DNA of 64,000 nt. Origin: Camelus ferus. Taxonomy: Eukaryota. Below are positions 12,538-25,149 of this stretch, piece by piece. Both the position numbers and the translations under genes were made by a program. Position 1 is the stretch's first letter, and each line of letters begins with the position of its first letter. The stretch spans positions 113,214,001 through 113,278,000 of the forward strand of contig NC_045696.1 of NCBI RefSeq assembly GCF_009834535.1, written 5' to 3'. The notes beneath the pieces were generated by a model. The model searched no databases. It was not told the origin of the DNA and was given only the letters and a program-made list of their open reading frames with translations.

Positions 12538-13224
12538 AAAATCTAGGCTGTGTGTGCATTGGGCTAGGCACACACCTCACGGGAAACCACCGAGTTTGCC
12601 AATAAAATCAGCCTTCATCAGGCAGCATGGAAAGGGAAATGGAGACGGTACAAGGTTCACAGAGTCCAGTTTCTGTCGGACCTCTGCAGTACAGACCCCC
12701 CACCACCACGTTTTGTATTTAAGAAGTAGTAAACAATTATAACTACATATATTAGGAGAAATTCATTTTCATTTTCAAGGGATTTTAAGGGCAAAGCAGC
12801 CTTCATGATTCCTCATTTGGAAGATTATTCTTTCCATCCCAGGGTTAAAAATCTGCAGAGAGCTCCCTGCAGATTCCAGAGGCCACAGAGCCTGGGCTCA
12901 GTCTGGGTGCCGCTGTCTTCCCGGGACGTAGATGGTACCTCCATCATTGGTCAAGCAGGAGAGTCTTTTCTTAGGAAGCCATCTGGGGCAGGGGGATGGA
13001 GTGGGTTCTTGTTTGTTGCTGTCTTCTTCGTCATGAGACACTTGTAAGAAGTCAATAATACATCGTTTGCTTTGGTCCAGTGTTTTATTTTCACATTCGT
13101 GTTTGTTGTTTTCCACGCGGGTGTCTTGGTGAGTCACCCAACCACAAGTAAACTCTTCGGCATCTGGTGGTTCTGTGTGGCACCTTCATTCCTCCATAGT
13201 TATGAGGGGTGCTTCCCAGCCCCT

Positions 13225-13225
<1 letters not shown>

Positions 13226-13271
<46 letters not shown>
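13226..13271. repeat. (CA)n microsatellite
   Basis: Perfect CA dinucleotide run. Confidence 0.97.
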
Positions 13272-13275
<4 letters not shown>

Positions 13276-14086
13276 GTTGTCTTTGGCACAGAGAAGCTGC
13301 TCTCCCCTCCACCAGGTGTCAGCAGAGGCAGTTTTAACCACTTAACTGTGGCCAACAGGGCATCTGTTGTTTCTCCTGCTGTTCCCCAAACCACCCATCT
13401 GCCTCCTCTTAAGAGTCTGGCTTCCAGTTCTTAGAAACATTCGGAGGTGCTGGTCCACCTGTGAGGAAAGGTAGCTACGAGGGAAGTCTGCTATAAACAC
13501 AGCAAGCGGTCCAGTCGATCCTTCCGGAGTTGGCCTCATAAAACTTGCTCTGGCTGGTTTCTCCTTGACTTTTCTATCACTACATTATGTGGCTAGAAAT
13601 GGTTCCAAGTTTCACTTGGTATGACACTGAATTAGACGTGGTAGATCGTTTCAGATTCACAGAGGGCTGGACTGTTTGTTTTAAAGCCCACTGTGACCCT
13701 AAGAAGCCCACTCTTACTCCAGAGGACGCAGTCCTCGAAGCAGAAACAGGATTTTTCTCAGGCTGTGGCCCCAGATCCTCACCCGTGAGAATGGAAGAAT
13801 GCTACCAAGTGCATCTTTCCTATTTAATCCATCCGTCCCTTCTGAGGTGGATGACCTGGTCCATCTGGGGATGTGACTTGACATCACCCATGTCATTCTG
13901 CTGACAAGTGGCAGGGTGCATGCTCCTTCCAAGCCCTGGTGACTTTGTCCGAGAAAGAGGACGAAGAGCAGGGATGAAGAAGATGAAGGAGCAATGATTT
14001 GGCACGGATATACGTTAAAGGGAAGAGTGAAAATGAGCCCAAGAGGAGATAGTTGAACCTGAACTAAAAGGGGCAGGTGGAATTAT

Positions 14087-14727
14087 TGCTGGTGACTAGG
14101 TTCTTGTCTTGCTGCAGAAAGAATTCAGAGATGGGACGTGGAGGTTAAGAAAGTAAAGTGAGGATTTATTAAAGGATGGATAGTACACTCTTAAGGGGAG
14201 AGCAGGCAGGCTCAGGTGAGCGGCTGCCCTGAGTTTCTTTGGCAAGTTGGTTACATCGAGTGTAAAAATGAATGGGCATAATATTAATTGGGAGAGAAGG
14301 GCTTGGGTTCACATTCCCTGATTTTCATCCCAACTCCACCTTCCTGAAGGGAGGAGGGATTTTTGTCCTTATTTAGTTTGGATCAGAAGTGTCATGGCCT
14401 CGGTGCATGATGGGTACTTCTAATCTGCAAGGCTAATTTCATTGAAATGAGGGCATAATGAGCAAAAGGTTACATTCGGACACTGGAGATTCCTGTCTTT
14501 TCCCACCTTTCTTTGTCGGGCTCCAGAGCACTTGTCACACCAAAATGTGTGATCGCTTATCCACCCAGAGGTTCCCGCTTCTCTTTCTCTACCCAGGGAC
14601 TCCTGTTGTTTACATGATGTATGGATTCCTGCATTTGGCCCTGTGCCCCTCCTTTTTACCCAATTTCTGCCATTTGGCCTGCATCCCCTTTTCTCTGCTC
14701 ATATCTAGCTATCTGCCTCCTCTAACG
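14087..14727 (-). mobile_element. Probable solo ERV LTR (~640 bp)
   Basis: Starts tgctgg and ends cctctaacg (degenerate TG...CA termini). tttatt near 14165 is a minus-strand AATAAA. LTR-like composition; no clean TSD found. Confidence 0.7.
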
Positions 14728-14732
14728 GTGGG

Positions 14733-15085
14733 ATATCTCTTATATGTGGAATCAAAATAAATGACACAAACAAATGTATTTACAAACCAGAAACAGACTC
14801 ACAGACATAGAAACCAAACTATGGATACCAAAAGGGCAAGGAATGGAGGAAGGGATAAATTAAGAGTTTGGGATTAGCCAGTACATGCTATTATGTATAA
14901 AGTAGATAAACAACAAGAACCTACTGTATAGCAAAGGAAATTATATTAAATATCTCATAATAATGTATAATAGAAAAAATCTGAAATATATATATGTGTG
15001 TATGTATAACTGAATCAATTTGCTCTACACCCGAACTAACACAACATTGTAAATTAACTACACTTCAATTAAAAAAAAAAAAAAA
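14733..15085 (+). mobile_element. 5'-truncated L1 3' end with poly-A
   Basis: tatatgtggaatc...agactcacagacatagaaacc...cacaacattgtaaattaactacacttcaattaaaaaaaa. Confidence 0.92.
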
Positions 15086-17344
15086 GAACTAAAACCTTAG
15101 AGTAAAAATAAAAAGGGTGAGGTGGGATGGGCTGGAAGTAAAAAGCTAATCATTTTACCAAGAACCAAAAAATCAGCCACAGGTTCTGGTTGCATTGTCT
15201 CACTCCTGAAGGCAAAACACTTACAGTGACTGCCAAAAATCTGAAAAGGAAAAGTTTGCTGATACCTCTGATGTGAGGCCCCAGGCTCCCACCACGCCCA
15301 GCAGAGGCGTTCGGCCCCTGCCTTCCACTCTGACCGGTGGTCCACGGGGACTCACACCTGGGCCACAACACAGGGCAGAGCTACTACTACTTCTTCACAT
15401 CTCTATTAACTAACGCACAGTCTTATGGTCCATTTTAACCAGCCCCATCTCTAGTCCAGCTGTGCTGGCTTTTAAATTTTTTTTCTCTTACTGATTTTTG
15501 ATACTGTGCTCCTAAGTAGGGTTAGTTTTAGCAAGTGGAAAAGTTAGATCACAGTGTGGTATGACTTGAATACCCCTTGTCTCTGTTCTCTTCTACTTGG
15601 GTTCTCAAGTTATTTCTATCATCAGAAATTCAACCATTATATATTCACTTCATTGGATCCCAGATTTACTTTTAAGATGCAAAGACCTCACCGAAGGACA
15701 CCTTGAGCTGAATTTGGGATGCTATAGAATTGGGTACAAATTCATCTGTGTACCTAATCTTCCTTGCTCTTCATAACAAATTTAAATAAACTTGAAAGGG
15801 AAAAAAATTCACAAAAGGTAAAATTCAGTCTGGGAAGGGGAGAATGGCAGAGAAGAGAGAAGCAATCCCATCTCCACTTGATCTTGGTGATGATGGGGTC
15901 TAGGGACATGGGCTTCTGTGCTATTATGATTCTTTTAAACCACCTCAGGGCATCTCAAGACTGAGACCAGACAATAGCTCCAATTCCCCACCCCTTACGG
16001 ATGTCTGGGGCTGGCCATGAGATGAGCAGATCATAATAATGAAGGCATCTCCCAATACCGAATGTCGGTGTCCTGCTTGTAATTTTACAGAGCATTTTCA
16101 AATTCCTTGGTCCTCATCGTAGCTGAAGGATAGGGGATTGTGATTTCACATTGCAAACTCTCATGGCTCAGAGTTAAGAAACCCGCCCAAGATGTCCAGA
16201 TGACTGAACTGAGACTCAAACCTGTCCAGACTGTCTCCCGACCCAGACGTCCGTCCTTTATACCTGGGGTTGAACTTGTTCTTACAAAGGACTCCCAAAC
16301 GTCAGGGTCAAAGCTCTGATGAGAAGGGGTAGAAACAGACACTCCAGGAGGTAGAAGAGTGCTTTCAAAGCAGGGCAAAATGGAGACCTATGACCTCATT
16401 GCCCTCCCAGGTGGGTGCAGCCACTCGCCTCCACCCAGCTGTGTCTCCAGATGCACAGACAGGGCAGTGGCCTGGCCAACGTGGGGGCAAGGTGGGGCGA
16501 GGGCCCACCCCATAAACCCAAGCAATGCCCAGTGCCTCACAAATTTAGTAAAAAAAAAAAAAGAGTGCTTGTTATGTTAACACAACTTCAAGACACACCC
16601 CGAGCTACACCCTCCACTCACATCTCCACGACCTCTAACATCCTTCTATTTAGGAAGTCCGGGGTGTCCACGTGTGCTGGACGCCAGGTGAGACGGTGGG
16701 CCTGTCTGCCTCCGAGGTCCCGCCTGGTACTAACAGTCTCAGCCTGGAGCCTGTAGCAGCCCAGGGCTGGAGCATCTGACCTTGTAAACAGACACAAGAG
16801 ATTTGCCTGTGAAAGTGGCCCCCACCTGCCCAACCCGGCACCCGCCATGGCTTTCCTGGGCTGCCTGTGAGCACCTGCTGACAAGGTAACAGATGACCCC
16901 TGTACATCTCACCATTCAGATGCTCTCGGACCCTTCCTCCTGAGAACCAGGGAGAAGAAGCCAGCTAGGACCACAAACGCCCTCCTCTGAAAAGGTAGAC
17001 GTAGAGACACGAGGGGCATTCGAGTTTCATTTTAATTATGTGCAGATTGTCTAAACCATAACTCACTAGGTCTGCATGGAAAGATTTTCCATTGGGTAAT
17101 TTTTACAGCTGTCCCTTCAATGTTGTAGTGTCTCGGGTGAAAAAGGAGACATGGAGAGATGAGGGGACAGAGGGCATGTGGTCCGGGCCAGGGCACTGGT
17201 GTTTGACAAGGTGGAGTTAGGACGGTTCTCTCTGACCCTAGTCTAGCTTTGTGACTTTGAACGCTAAGACAGGAGAGTAGCAACAACCCCATGCCAATAG
17301 GTGCCACCAGAGGGGTCATCCCCCCGAGAAGTCCCCCTTCTCAC

Positions 17345-17800
17345 GGAGGCACTGTTATCTTTCTCAAATCACGTCACTCCATGAAGGACCTTCCATGGCT
17401 CCCCATTTCCCATGGGATGAAGTCCAAATTCTATAGCAAACCTCTCCAGACCCCCCACCATCCGGCCCCAAACTGCATTTGCAGCTTTACGCTCGGCCAC
17501 CTCCTGCCCCTCCCCACCCCGAATCTCACCCCCTGGCCAGGATGCTGTGCCTTCTCCTCCTGTCATTTCATAAGCCACACGTCTCATCCCCTGCCTGGAA
17601 GGTACCTGGCTTGTTCTTCTAAGCCAAGTTCCAAGGTCACTACGGGTCCCCTCATACAGATGGAATTCTCCTCGATGCCTCTAAACACGCCTTTTCTCCC
17701 TCCTGTTCAGCTCTGCTGCCCATAGAGTTCAGGTTGGTTCTTCACCTAAGCTCCCCAAAGCCAGGCACCACGAACAGTTCATCTCGAATGAGCCAGAGCT
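17345..17800 (+). mobile_element. L2 fragment
   Basis: ccttccatggctccccatttcccatgggatgaagtccaaattc is an L2-like core. Confidence 0.6.
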
Positions 17801-18761
17801 TGGGTTGGTTTCTGATGGTGTGAACGGGGCAGCCCTGGACCAAACCCTTGGGTTAGTGGGTGCCTCTCCGGCCTCCAGCCTTGCTTCTCAGAAACCTTTC
17901 TCCTTCCGCCTACAAAAGGATCTGCTGCTTATAGGTGTAGTTCTCCTGGCCCCCTGCCAAGAACAGCTCTTGGTTCTCTCTTTCATTCTATTCAATAGAT
18001 TATATTCACATCAGCTTATGTCTTTTCAATGAGCTTTTGCATTTTGACAGTGATCAAGGTCTGCAGCTGAAGCTTAAAGTGGCATCTGCAGATGGGTTGG
18101 GCGCATGCGATGTCTGTGGATCCCACAAGAGTATCTGCCCGATCACTTGCCTGGATCCTTCATTACACTCCCTGAGCAGACCACACCCCCAACTAGCTAA
18201 GATCCACTAAGCTAAAGCGATGAAGCTTCAGAGGAGAACTTTAAGGGGGCATAGTGGCCTGTCCCTGGAACTGTATCCCATGCATGGGCCCTGATTTGTT
18301 GCACAGTAAAGACATTGGTGCCCTAGAGACACTTCACATGCCCTGAGAACCAAAAGCAGCCCAAGGTAGGAAGGGTGTGTTCCTTTGTGTGTTTGCTCTG
18401 CATACCAGGCGTGCATCTTCTTTGACCTGAGGCAGAGCAGGGAGAGTCCCCAGTCCCTCAGCAGTCCCCAGCAGTGCCTCTCCACCCATCCTCCATCCAC
18501 AGACACGCTGAAAGTCTCTTGCACGTGACAGGTATCTGCAGATCACTCTCAAACCTCCTTGTGACCCCTCCCTTTTTGTGGCCCCCCTCAACACTCCCAT
18601 CATCCCAGACATTCTACATGGCACTCTCCCTTCAGTGTCACAGCCCAGGGTAGAATGGCCCGGCCACTGTCCATCTGCCCACACAGCCCACAGGGGGCTG
18701 CATGAACCCAATGTCTCCCAAAGTCCCTAGACCTATTGCTCTTTTTTTCCAAAACAAACAA

Positions 18762-18852
18762 CTTTTTACTGAAGTCTAGTTGATTTACAATGTTGTATTA
18801 GTTTCAGGTGTACAGCAAAATGATTCAGTTATGTATTCATATATATATATTT
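18762..18852 (-). mobile_element. Very short L1 3' terminus
   Basis: tttttactgaagtctagttgatttacaatgttgtattagtttcaggtgtacagcaaaatgattcagttat. Confidence 0.85.
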
Positions 18853-19959
18853 CTTAAGAGTTCATAATAATGCCACTTCCTTTTCAGAGTACTCGAGAAC
18901 AACTTTCCATCACTTGTATTTTTAAAACAGAAATGCATTTTATATGTTTGAGGAGTGAATGCCCACCTCCAAGGGGAATGCTTCGCCCAAGGGGCACGGA
19001 TGGCATCGGGGAAGGACGGAGCGGGTGGAGCAAGTCTCCGCCCTGAGCTGTTGGTTCTCGGCACCACCTCTTGGCACACCGTCTATGCAGCTCGCATTTT
19101 CAGCTGCTCCCCGCCAACAGCCGCTGCCTTCCGGCCAGCTTGTAAAATGGATTGTAAATTCCTTGAGGGCCGAGAGCCTCTGGGCTGAATCGATTTGCAA
19201 ACCCAGTGTTTTTCCCCGTGTTAAATACTCCAATCAACTTCATCACCGTGTCATTATTCTTCCTCCTAAATGTCATGAGAGTTGTTCCGCTGTCACCACC
19301 ATTGAGTTCCAGCCCCCTTCATCTCCCTGCCTGACCTGCCACAGCTCCCCGACTGGGCTGCTTTCACTCCACAGCCACTACGAAGCTTTAAAAACTCAAA
19401 TCGGATTGGATCACTTCCCTGCTTAAAACCTGCGTCATTCGAGGGAGTTGCCTAGTTTTTCTACACAAGGCTCGTTTCTTGTAGAGTGGTCCCTGGCCCT
19501 CAGGAGCACAAGAATGAGAATAAAGCATTCAGTCATTCCCCAGGGAGAGGCATATTGGAAAGAAGAGCCTTCGGATGCAGGGTCATCTCCACCGCGAAGC
19601 CTTCCCAGATTGCCCCAGGTGGAAATGACGTCTCCTTCCTGTGGCTCCCGGTCTGCTTGGAGGAGACTCTTCAGGTGAAACCTGCACACACTTTGCATTT
19701 TTTTTTTAGCGTGATTCTCTTCCTCTGTTAGATTGAAAGCCCCATGTGGGCAGGCCCAAGTGTTGTCTTTGGACAAAGCCTGGGACGGTGCCCAAAGAGA
19801 CTAGGCCCTCCGTCAAGGGCTCTGGACTGACCAACCAAATCAACGAATGACTCACGTCAAAGGAATGTTCTGGGTTCAGTAACACTTTCCCAGGGGACGA
19901 AACTGAAGGCCACTCTCCCCTCAGCTGGTGCTCAAATGGTGAAACTGTTAAAGGACCCT

Positions 19960-20730
19960 CAGCTCTTCGGGGCCGGGATGCAGACTGTCACTGTGGGCTC
20001 TTCCCTGCCAGGAGCAGTGGGCCTGCGGCAACGCAGGACATGCAGGCTGTCTGTTGCCCTGCAGACAGCGGGACAGAGGGACAGCAGGACGGTGGGGCGG
20101 TCAGTCCTCCGCGAGCACAGCTCACGGCACCCTCAGCTCCTCCGCCGACCCGCTCCCCGCGCGCTCTCCCCAAAAGGGAAAACCTCAGCTTCCTTTCCTT
20201 TTAACCTGCTGAGACTTTGTTCCTCTTTGGACGCTGTGACCCTGCGGTGGCTCCAGCGAAGACCTTCTGTGCGTCCCTCCTCCGCACGCACACAGCACTG
20301 GCTGACACCCTGGCCCCGTGTCCCGGGTGACCCTAAAACAGCCCTGGGACACAGCGCCTCGGAGCACTTAACTATGGTTTAACACTCGAGAGCTCGTGGA
20401 AGGAAACCAGCACTAAATAATACGAAATACTAGGTAGAGCCCTGCCGGGACAGGAACGGGACGGCACTATAAACGCTGCGGGAACGGTAACAGCGTAGCA
20501 CAGCGCAGTAACACTAAAGCGCTGCGGCGGTAGGAACAGGGGCGTACCGTTAATGCCACAGCAACGGTAGCAGCAGCGCACAGCGCGGCAAGGCTGAAGC
20601 ACGGCGGTGACGGGGCTTCCCGGTTCACGCACGGCGCTGGCAGCGGCGTGGCGCGGCGTGGCAGCGCTGCGGTGCTGTGCGGCTGCAGCGGAAGCGGGCG
20701 GTACTGAATGTGGTGGTGGTAACGGTGTTT
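19960..20730. other. CpG/GC-rich intronic patch with low-complexity (gcagc/gcggc) core
   Basis: Very high CpG density relative to flanks, especially at 20440-20725. Confidence 0.8.
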
Positions 20731-21735
20731 TTAAAGCCTTGAAAGATGTTCCTCCTGCCCCTGGATACTTTCTGCTTCACGCACTCTGCCCTTCTATGGT
20801 TCCCATGCCTGTTCTAAGTGAAATTTTGAAAATAAGGATATGTTTAAATGGTCGGTGTAGCAAGAACATAACTGGGGTTTTGTAGCTTCACCTTCAAGAT
20901 GATAGAAAGGGTACAGAGCTCTTCCGGCACATTTGTGTTACTGTGTCTTCTTACTGGTGCTGTCAGTCGGGGTTCTTCGGTTGCAGGGGGTCGACAGCTG
21001 ACTGGCCCCTCCTTTGCCGGACCCAGCAAAATCCACCGTTTTGCTCAGGGGGCGCTGAGGACGGCCAGAGGGGTCACAGCTGGGCCTCAGGGAGAACTAG
21101 AGGCAGGGCTTCGAGGCCACAGCACTCCCTCCTCTCCTCAAGTCCTCTGGGAGTGTCAGGGTCGCCTCTCCCTCACCCTCAGACAGGCTGTTTCCTTGTG
21201 GCTGAGAGAGACATGTTTGAGAGTTTTAGCTCCTGATAAATTCCGCCACCAGAGACAGAATAAATTACCTCCCCACCCTTTCTCTTCCTGCCTCCTTCTC
21301 TCTCTCCTCCCTTCTCCAAACATCCTGAAAAAGCATCATGTTAGCCCACCTCCGGTCTTGCCCAGTTTGGCCAAAGGTGGAGCACTGTGGTTGGCCCAGT
21401 TCGAGCCAAGTTCCTCATCCTCTCCAGAACATTCAGAAGGACGTAACAGCACCCACAGATTGGGGAGAGGGGGTTAATGGCGGCTTAGACTCCAAGAACG
21501 AGGGGTATGGATACTCCGTACCAGAGGTGTGATCTGAGCTCTCACCCTGGGGGTCTCAGAGCCTGGGCTTCTCACTCACAACCCAGCTGGACAGTCAGAT
21601 GAGAATGGAGCTGTGTTGGTGACCCTTGAAATGTTCATTGGTAGCAAGAATGCATTTGCTAGTAGTTAATACTCCTCCTTTCTGCCAGATGCCAAGTCAG
21701 GCAGCTTATACCACGCCATGTCAACCTTCAGTAAA

Positions 21736-21856
21736 TTGGGGGGGGGGGGGGGCGGGTAATTAGGTTTATTTATTTATTTTAATGGAGGTACTGGGGATTG
21801 AACACAGGACCTGGTGCATGCTAAGCACACACTACCACTGAGATATACCCTCCCCC
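21736..21856 (-). mobile_element. Vic-1-like SINE (antisense) with poly-G tract
   Basis: gtaattaggtttatt...ggaggtactggggattgaac...gcatgctaagcaca...ccactgagatataccctcccc. Confidence 0.92.
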
Positions 21857-21879
21857 GACCCTCAGTAATTTTATTTTTA

Positions 21880-22110
21880 TTCACTTACTCAGCATGTATT
21901 TCTTGAGTGCCTATTTTGTATCTGACATTCTGCTCAACGTAGAAGAAAGAAAAATGACAAAGACATAGTCCCTGGCTCAAAGAGATTACAGTCTGGTGGG
22001 AAAGGCAGCCTTGTAAACATGTGATTTCTGCAGGTGTGACAAGAACTATGATCAAGGTATGAACTCAGTGCTGTAGGTCCCGATGTGGAGACACAGCAGG
22101 AATGGCCATA
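21880..22110 (-). mobile_element. L2 3' fragment
   Basis: ttcacttactcagcatgtatttcttgagtgcctat...agacatagtccctggctcaaagagattacagtctggtggg. Confidence 0.7.
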
Positions 22111-22181
22111 TAGAAAATAGAATCTACATGCTTCCTCATCTCTAATCAATTACTTAGCATCAAGACATCTCCTCCCTCAAG

Positions 22182-22622
22182 TTGTGGTATATTTATACAA
22201 TGGAATACTACTCAGCCATAAAAAAGAATAAAATAATGCCATTTGCAGCAACATGAACGGACCTGGAGACTGTCATTCTAAGTGAAGTAAGCCAGAAAGA
22301 GAAAGGAAAATGCCATATACTATCACTTATATGTGGGCTCCAAAAAAAAAAAAAAAAAAAAAAACAAGAAAACAAGAAAAAAAAAGACAGGCCACTAATG
22401 AGCTCATCTACAAAAGAAACAGACTTACAGGCATAGTAAACAATCTCATGGTTATCAGGAAAAGGGGGTGGGAAGGGATAAATTTGGGAGTGTGAGATTT
22501 GCAAATGTTAGCCACTATATATAAAAATAGATAAAAAACAAATTTCTTCTGTATAGCACAGGAAGCTATGCTCAATATCTTGTAATAACCACTAATGAAA
22601 AAAATGAAAATGATTATATGTA

Positions 22623-22681
<59 letters not shown>

Positions 22682-22800
22682 ATAAACACATGACTGGAAC
22701 GTTACACTGTACACCAGAAATTAACACATTGTAACTGACTATACAAGGACAAGCAAGGATCTAGATAGAAGATGCTAACACGTTTTTTTTTTTAAAAAAA
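22182..22800 (+). mobile_element. 5'-truncated L1 3' end with internal (TG)(TA)(TG) microsatellite and modified tail
   Basis: gtggtatatttatacaatggaatactactcagccataaaaaag.... Imperfect TSD agacatctcctccctca / aggtatttcctccctca. Confidence 0.92.
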
Positions 22801-23347
22801 GGTATTTCCTCCCTCACCCAATGGCTTATATGTGCACAGAAAACTATCGTTTACCCAGCACTTCCACTCACACCCTCTTTAAACCTCAGAAACGTCAGCC
22901 CTATGGAGTAGGTAAAGCAAGTCGTGTCTTCCGCATTTTGCACATGAAGAAATTGTGATCCCACAGGCAGTAGGTAACAGCACTGGCCCTGGAACCCATG
23001 CCTTGGGCTTCAGCACGATGCCTGAGTCACCACGCTGCCACTGTCCACCACTGGATACAGAGGCCCATCTAGAAAAAGAAACCTCATCCCAATCTGTCCC
23101 CAGCCATATGTGGAACGACTCCGACCCATGATCAGCAGCCATCTGGTTTATCTGTGTGTGTGTCTTTCAACACTCTGCCCTCCTCCGGGTGCCTCTGGTC
23201 ACTGACCTGCACAGAGCCTCGGTCCTGGTACAAGGCCAAGTCCGTCTGCTACCCTTGGATCTCACTGATACAGCGATCAGGAGGAGCTGCTCAGCACGGA
23301 CCAAGAAAAAGTCACAAATAAGATGAGAATACAGATTCCGTTCTCTA

Positions 23348-23520
23348 GAGCAGTGTGTCTAAGACTTCAACGTGCATGTGAATCACCTGTGGGTCTCGTC
23401 CAAGTGCAGATTTGATTGAGTAGGTTTGACGCAGGACCCTCATTTTCTATTTCTAGTAAGCTCCCAGTGATGCCAAAACCGCTGGCCCACAGACCATATT
23501 TTAATAAGCAAGGATCTGGA
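23348..23520. mobile_element. MER5-family hAT element
   Basis: tgcatgtgaatcacctgtgggtctcgtccaagtgcagatttgatt...tttctagtaagctcccagtgatgcc...agcaaggatct. Confidence 0.75.
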
Positions 23521-23853
23521 TAGAAGATGCTAACACGTCTCAGCCACTTGAGATAAACAAGTCAGTGGACTGGTGCTTTCCTAAAAATCTTGGAATTGGA
23601 AAGTAGACATGTGATCTTGAATAAAATACTGTTATAAAGACAAAGATATAGAAGGAAATCTGAGATGAAAATTTGGAGTATTGTAAACTTACGTGTATCA
23701 CACAGCCCACCTGGGCTTCAGTTTTCCCAGTTCTGAGTTGAAAGTAAGAAGTCACCTTGAGCTAATTAATGCGTGTGATGTTGTTTGGAACAAAATTTTA
23801 TGGAAAATGCAGGTTATAACCCGCGGTATTTTTCTTGTCTTTTTTCTCTGTAG

Positions 23854-23895
23854 GAGATGTCAGTGAAAAAAAGGGTCCAGAATGATTACTAACCC
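23854..23895 (+). other. THRB: 5' UTR part of the 64-nt THRB exon containing the TRbeta1 start codon
   Basis: A polypyrimidine tract and acceptor (tttttcttgtcttttttctctgtag|GAGATG) end at 23853, followed by continuous sequence to the ATG at 23896. Confidence 0.85.
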
Positions 23896-23917
23896 ATGAC
23901 TCCCAACAGTATGACAG
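23896..23917 (+). CDS. THRB: THRB (TRbeta1) first coding segment: ATG ACT CCC AAC AGT ATG ACA G = MTPNSMT plus first base of E (phase 1)
   Basis: Translation matches the recalled TRbeta1 N-terminus MTPNSMTENGL. It is followed by a donor (ACAG|GTACCT, GT at 23918) and joins in frame (G|AA AAT GGC) to the exon at 54059. Confidence 0.95.
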
Positions 23918-25149
23918 GTACCTGTTTTCTTTTCTTTTCTTTTCTTTGTGTACCTCCACTTTTGTCCCCTCCAAATAGAAACACAGGTTTCCTAAAAGAC
24001 CAGCCTGAGAGAATCAGCAACAATTATTTCCAAACCAATGAGTGTTACTAAATGCAAGCATCTCCTGTGACGACAGCCCCACAAATGTGCTTCTAGGTTC
24101 TTCTGAAACCGTGAGATGCAACATCACGAGAAACATGACGGGAGGAAATGAGAATTCAGAGTGAAAGGCTAGTTTTCAGCCATCCTAAGGTCACTCCACA
24201 CACACACACTCAGTACATTTACTCTTCACATTGATTCAGATCAATGTAATAAACGGCTCTATGTACTCAGTGACCCCCCGTCCAGGCATTGTCCAAGGTG
24301 GGCTGTTTATTCCATTCAGCAGTAGCGTCAGAATGGAATATGATTAGAGCATGTAAGGTAAAGTGAGCTAGAAACTCTTAGCAGGGGACAGAGGAGAGAC
24401 AGAATGACCCCCAAGGAACCTAAGGTCGCCATAGCACAAATCCTTTTTGTAACACGCAGAGTAAGTGTTGCAAACTCACAGGCCCCCAGGAACCAGGCAG
24501 AGAACACCAATGCCTGAAACAAAACAGGAGAACCAGGTTCTCTCAGAAGAGAAATCACACCTCCACTCCAGGCAATCACCAACAAGCAGGGAGGGAACCC
24601 AGTATGTCCAGAGATTTCAAATTTTTAAATGAAGCTGGAAATCCAGAATTTTGAATGAAGTATCCCCACTTCTAAACGCAAGCAATTAATATATAAAAAG
24701 ATCAGAGACTCATGGGCCAGTCCAAATACGTCTGCTGTCTGGAATCAACCATGAATTAGCAGTTTACAACCTCTGCTTTGGTTACCACGGCAGCAGGGCA
24801 GGTACCCATAGACTTCAGCCTTGTGCAAGTTTACAAGCCTTATATAATGACCATAATGTTACATCACCCAGCATCACTGCCCTGCCTCTACACCCATCTA
24901 CACTTGAGTTCCTGATGCAGCTAAAAGACAAAGCACCTAGGCAAACCAGAACAATTCACACCCTTAAGAAGTGAATCAGCCTCGGAATCACATCTCATCT
25001 TATTTCTTAGTAACAGGCACCAAAACACACTGACTCCCATTTCTGTTCCACTGCCAACTCGGCCACCGTAGCCTGAAAAGCCGTGGACTACACATGACAA
25101 ATAGACTTGGCTGTGTCTCAGTAAAACTTTATTTACCAAACAGTTCATA

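Noticed and set aside
20899..21477. 192-aa ORF and neighbouring ORFs in the GC-rich 19.9-21.5 kb region
   Set aside because: No recognisable homology or exon structure; length is explained by GC content.
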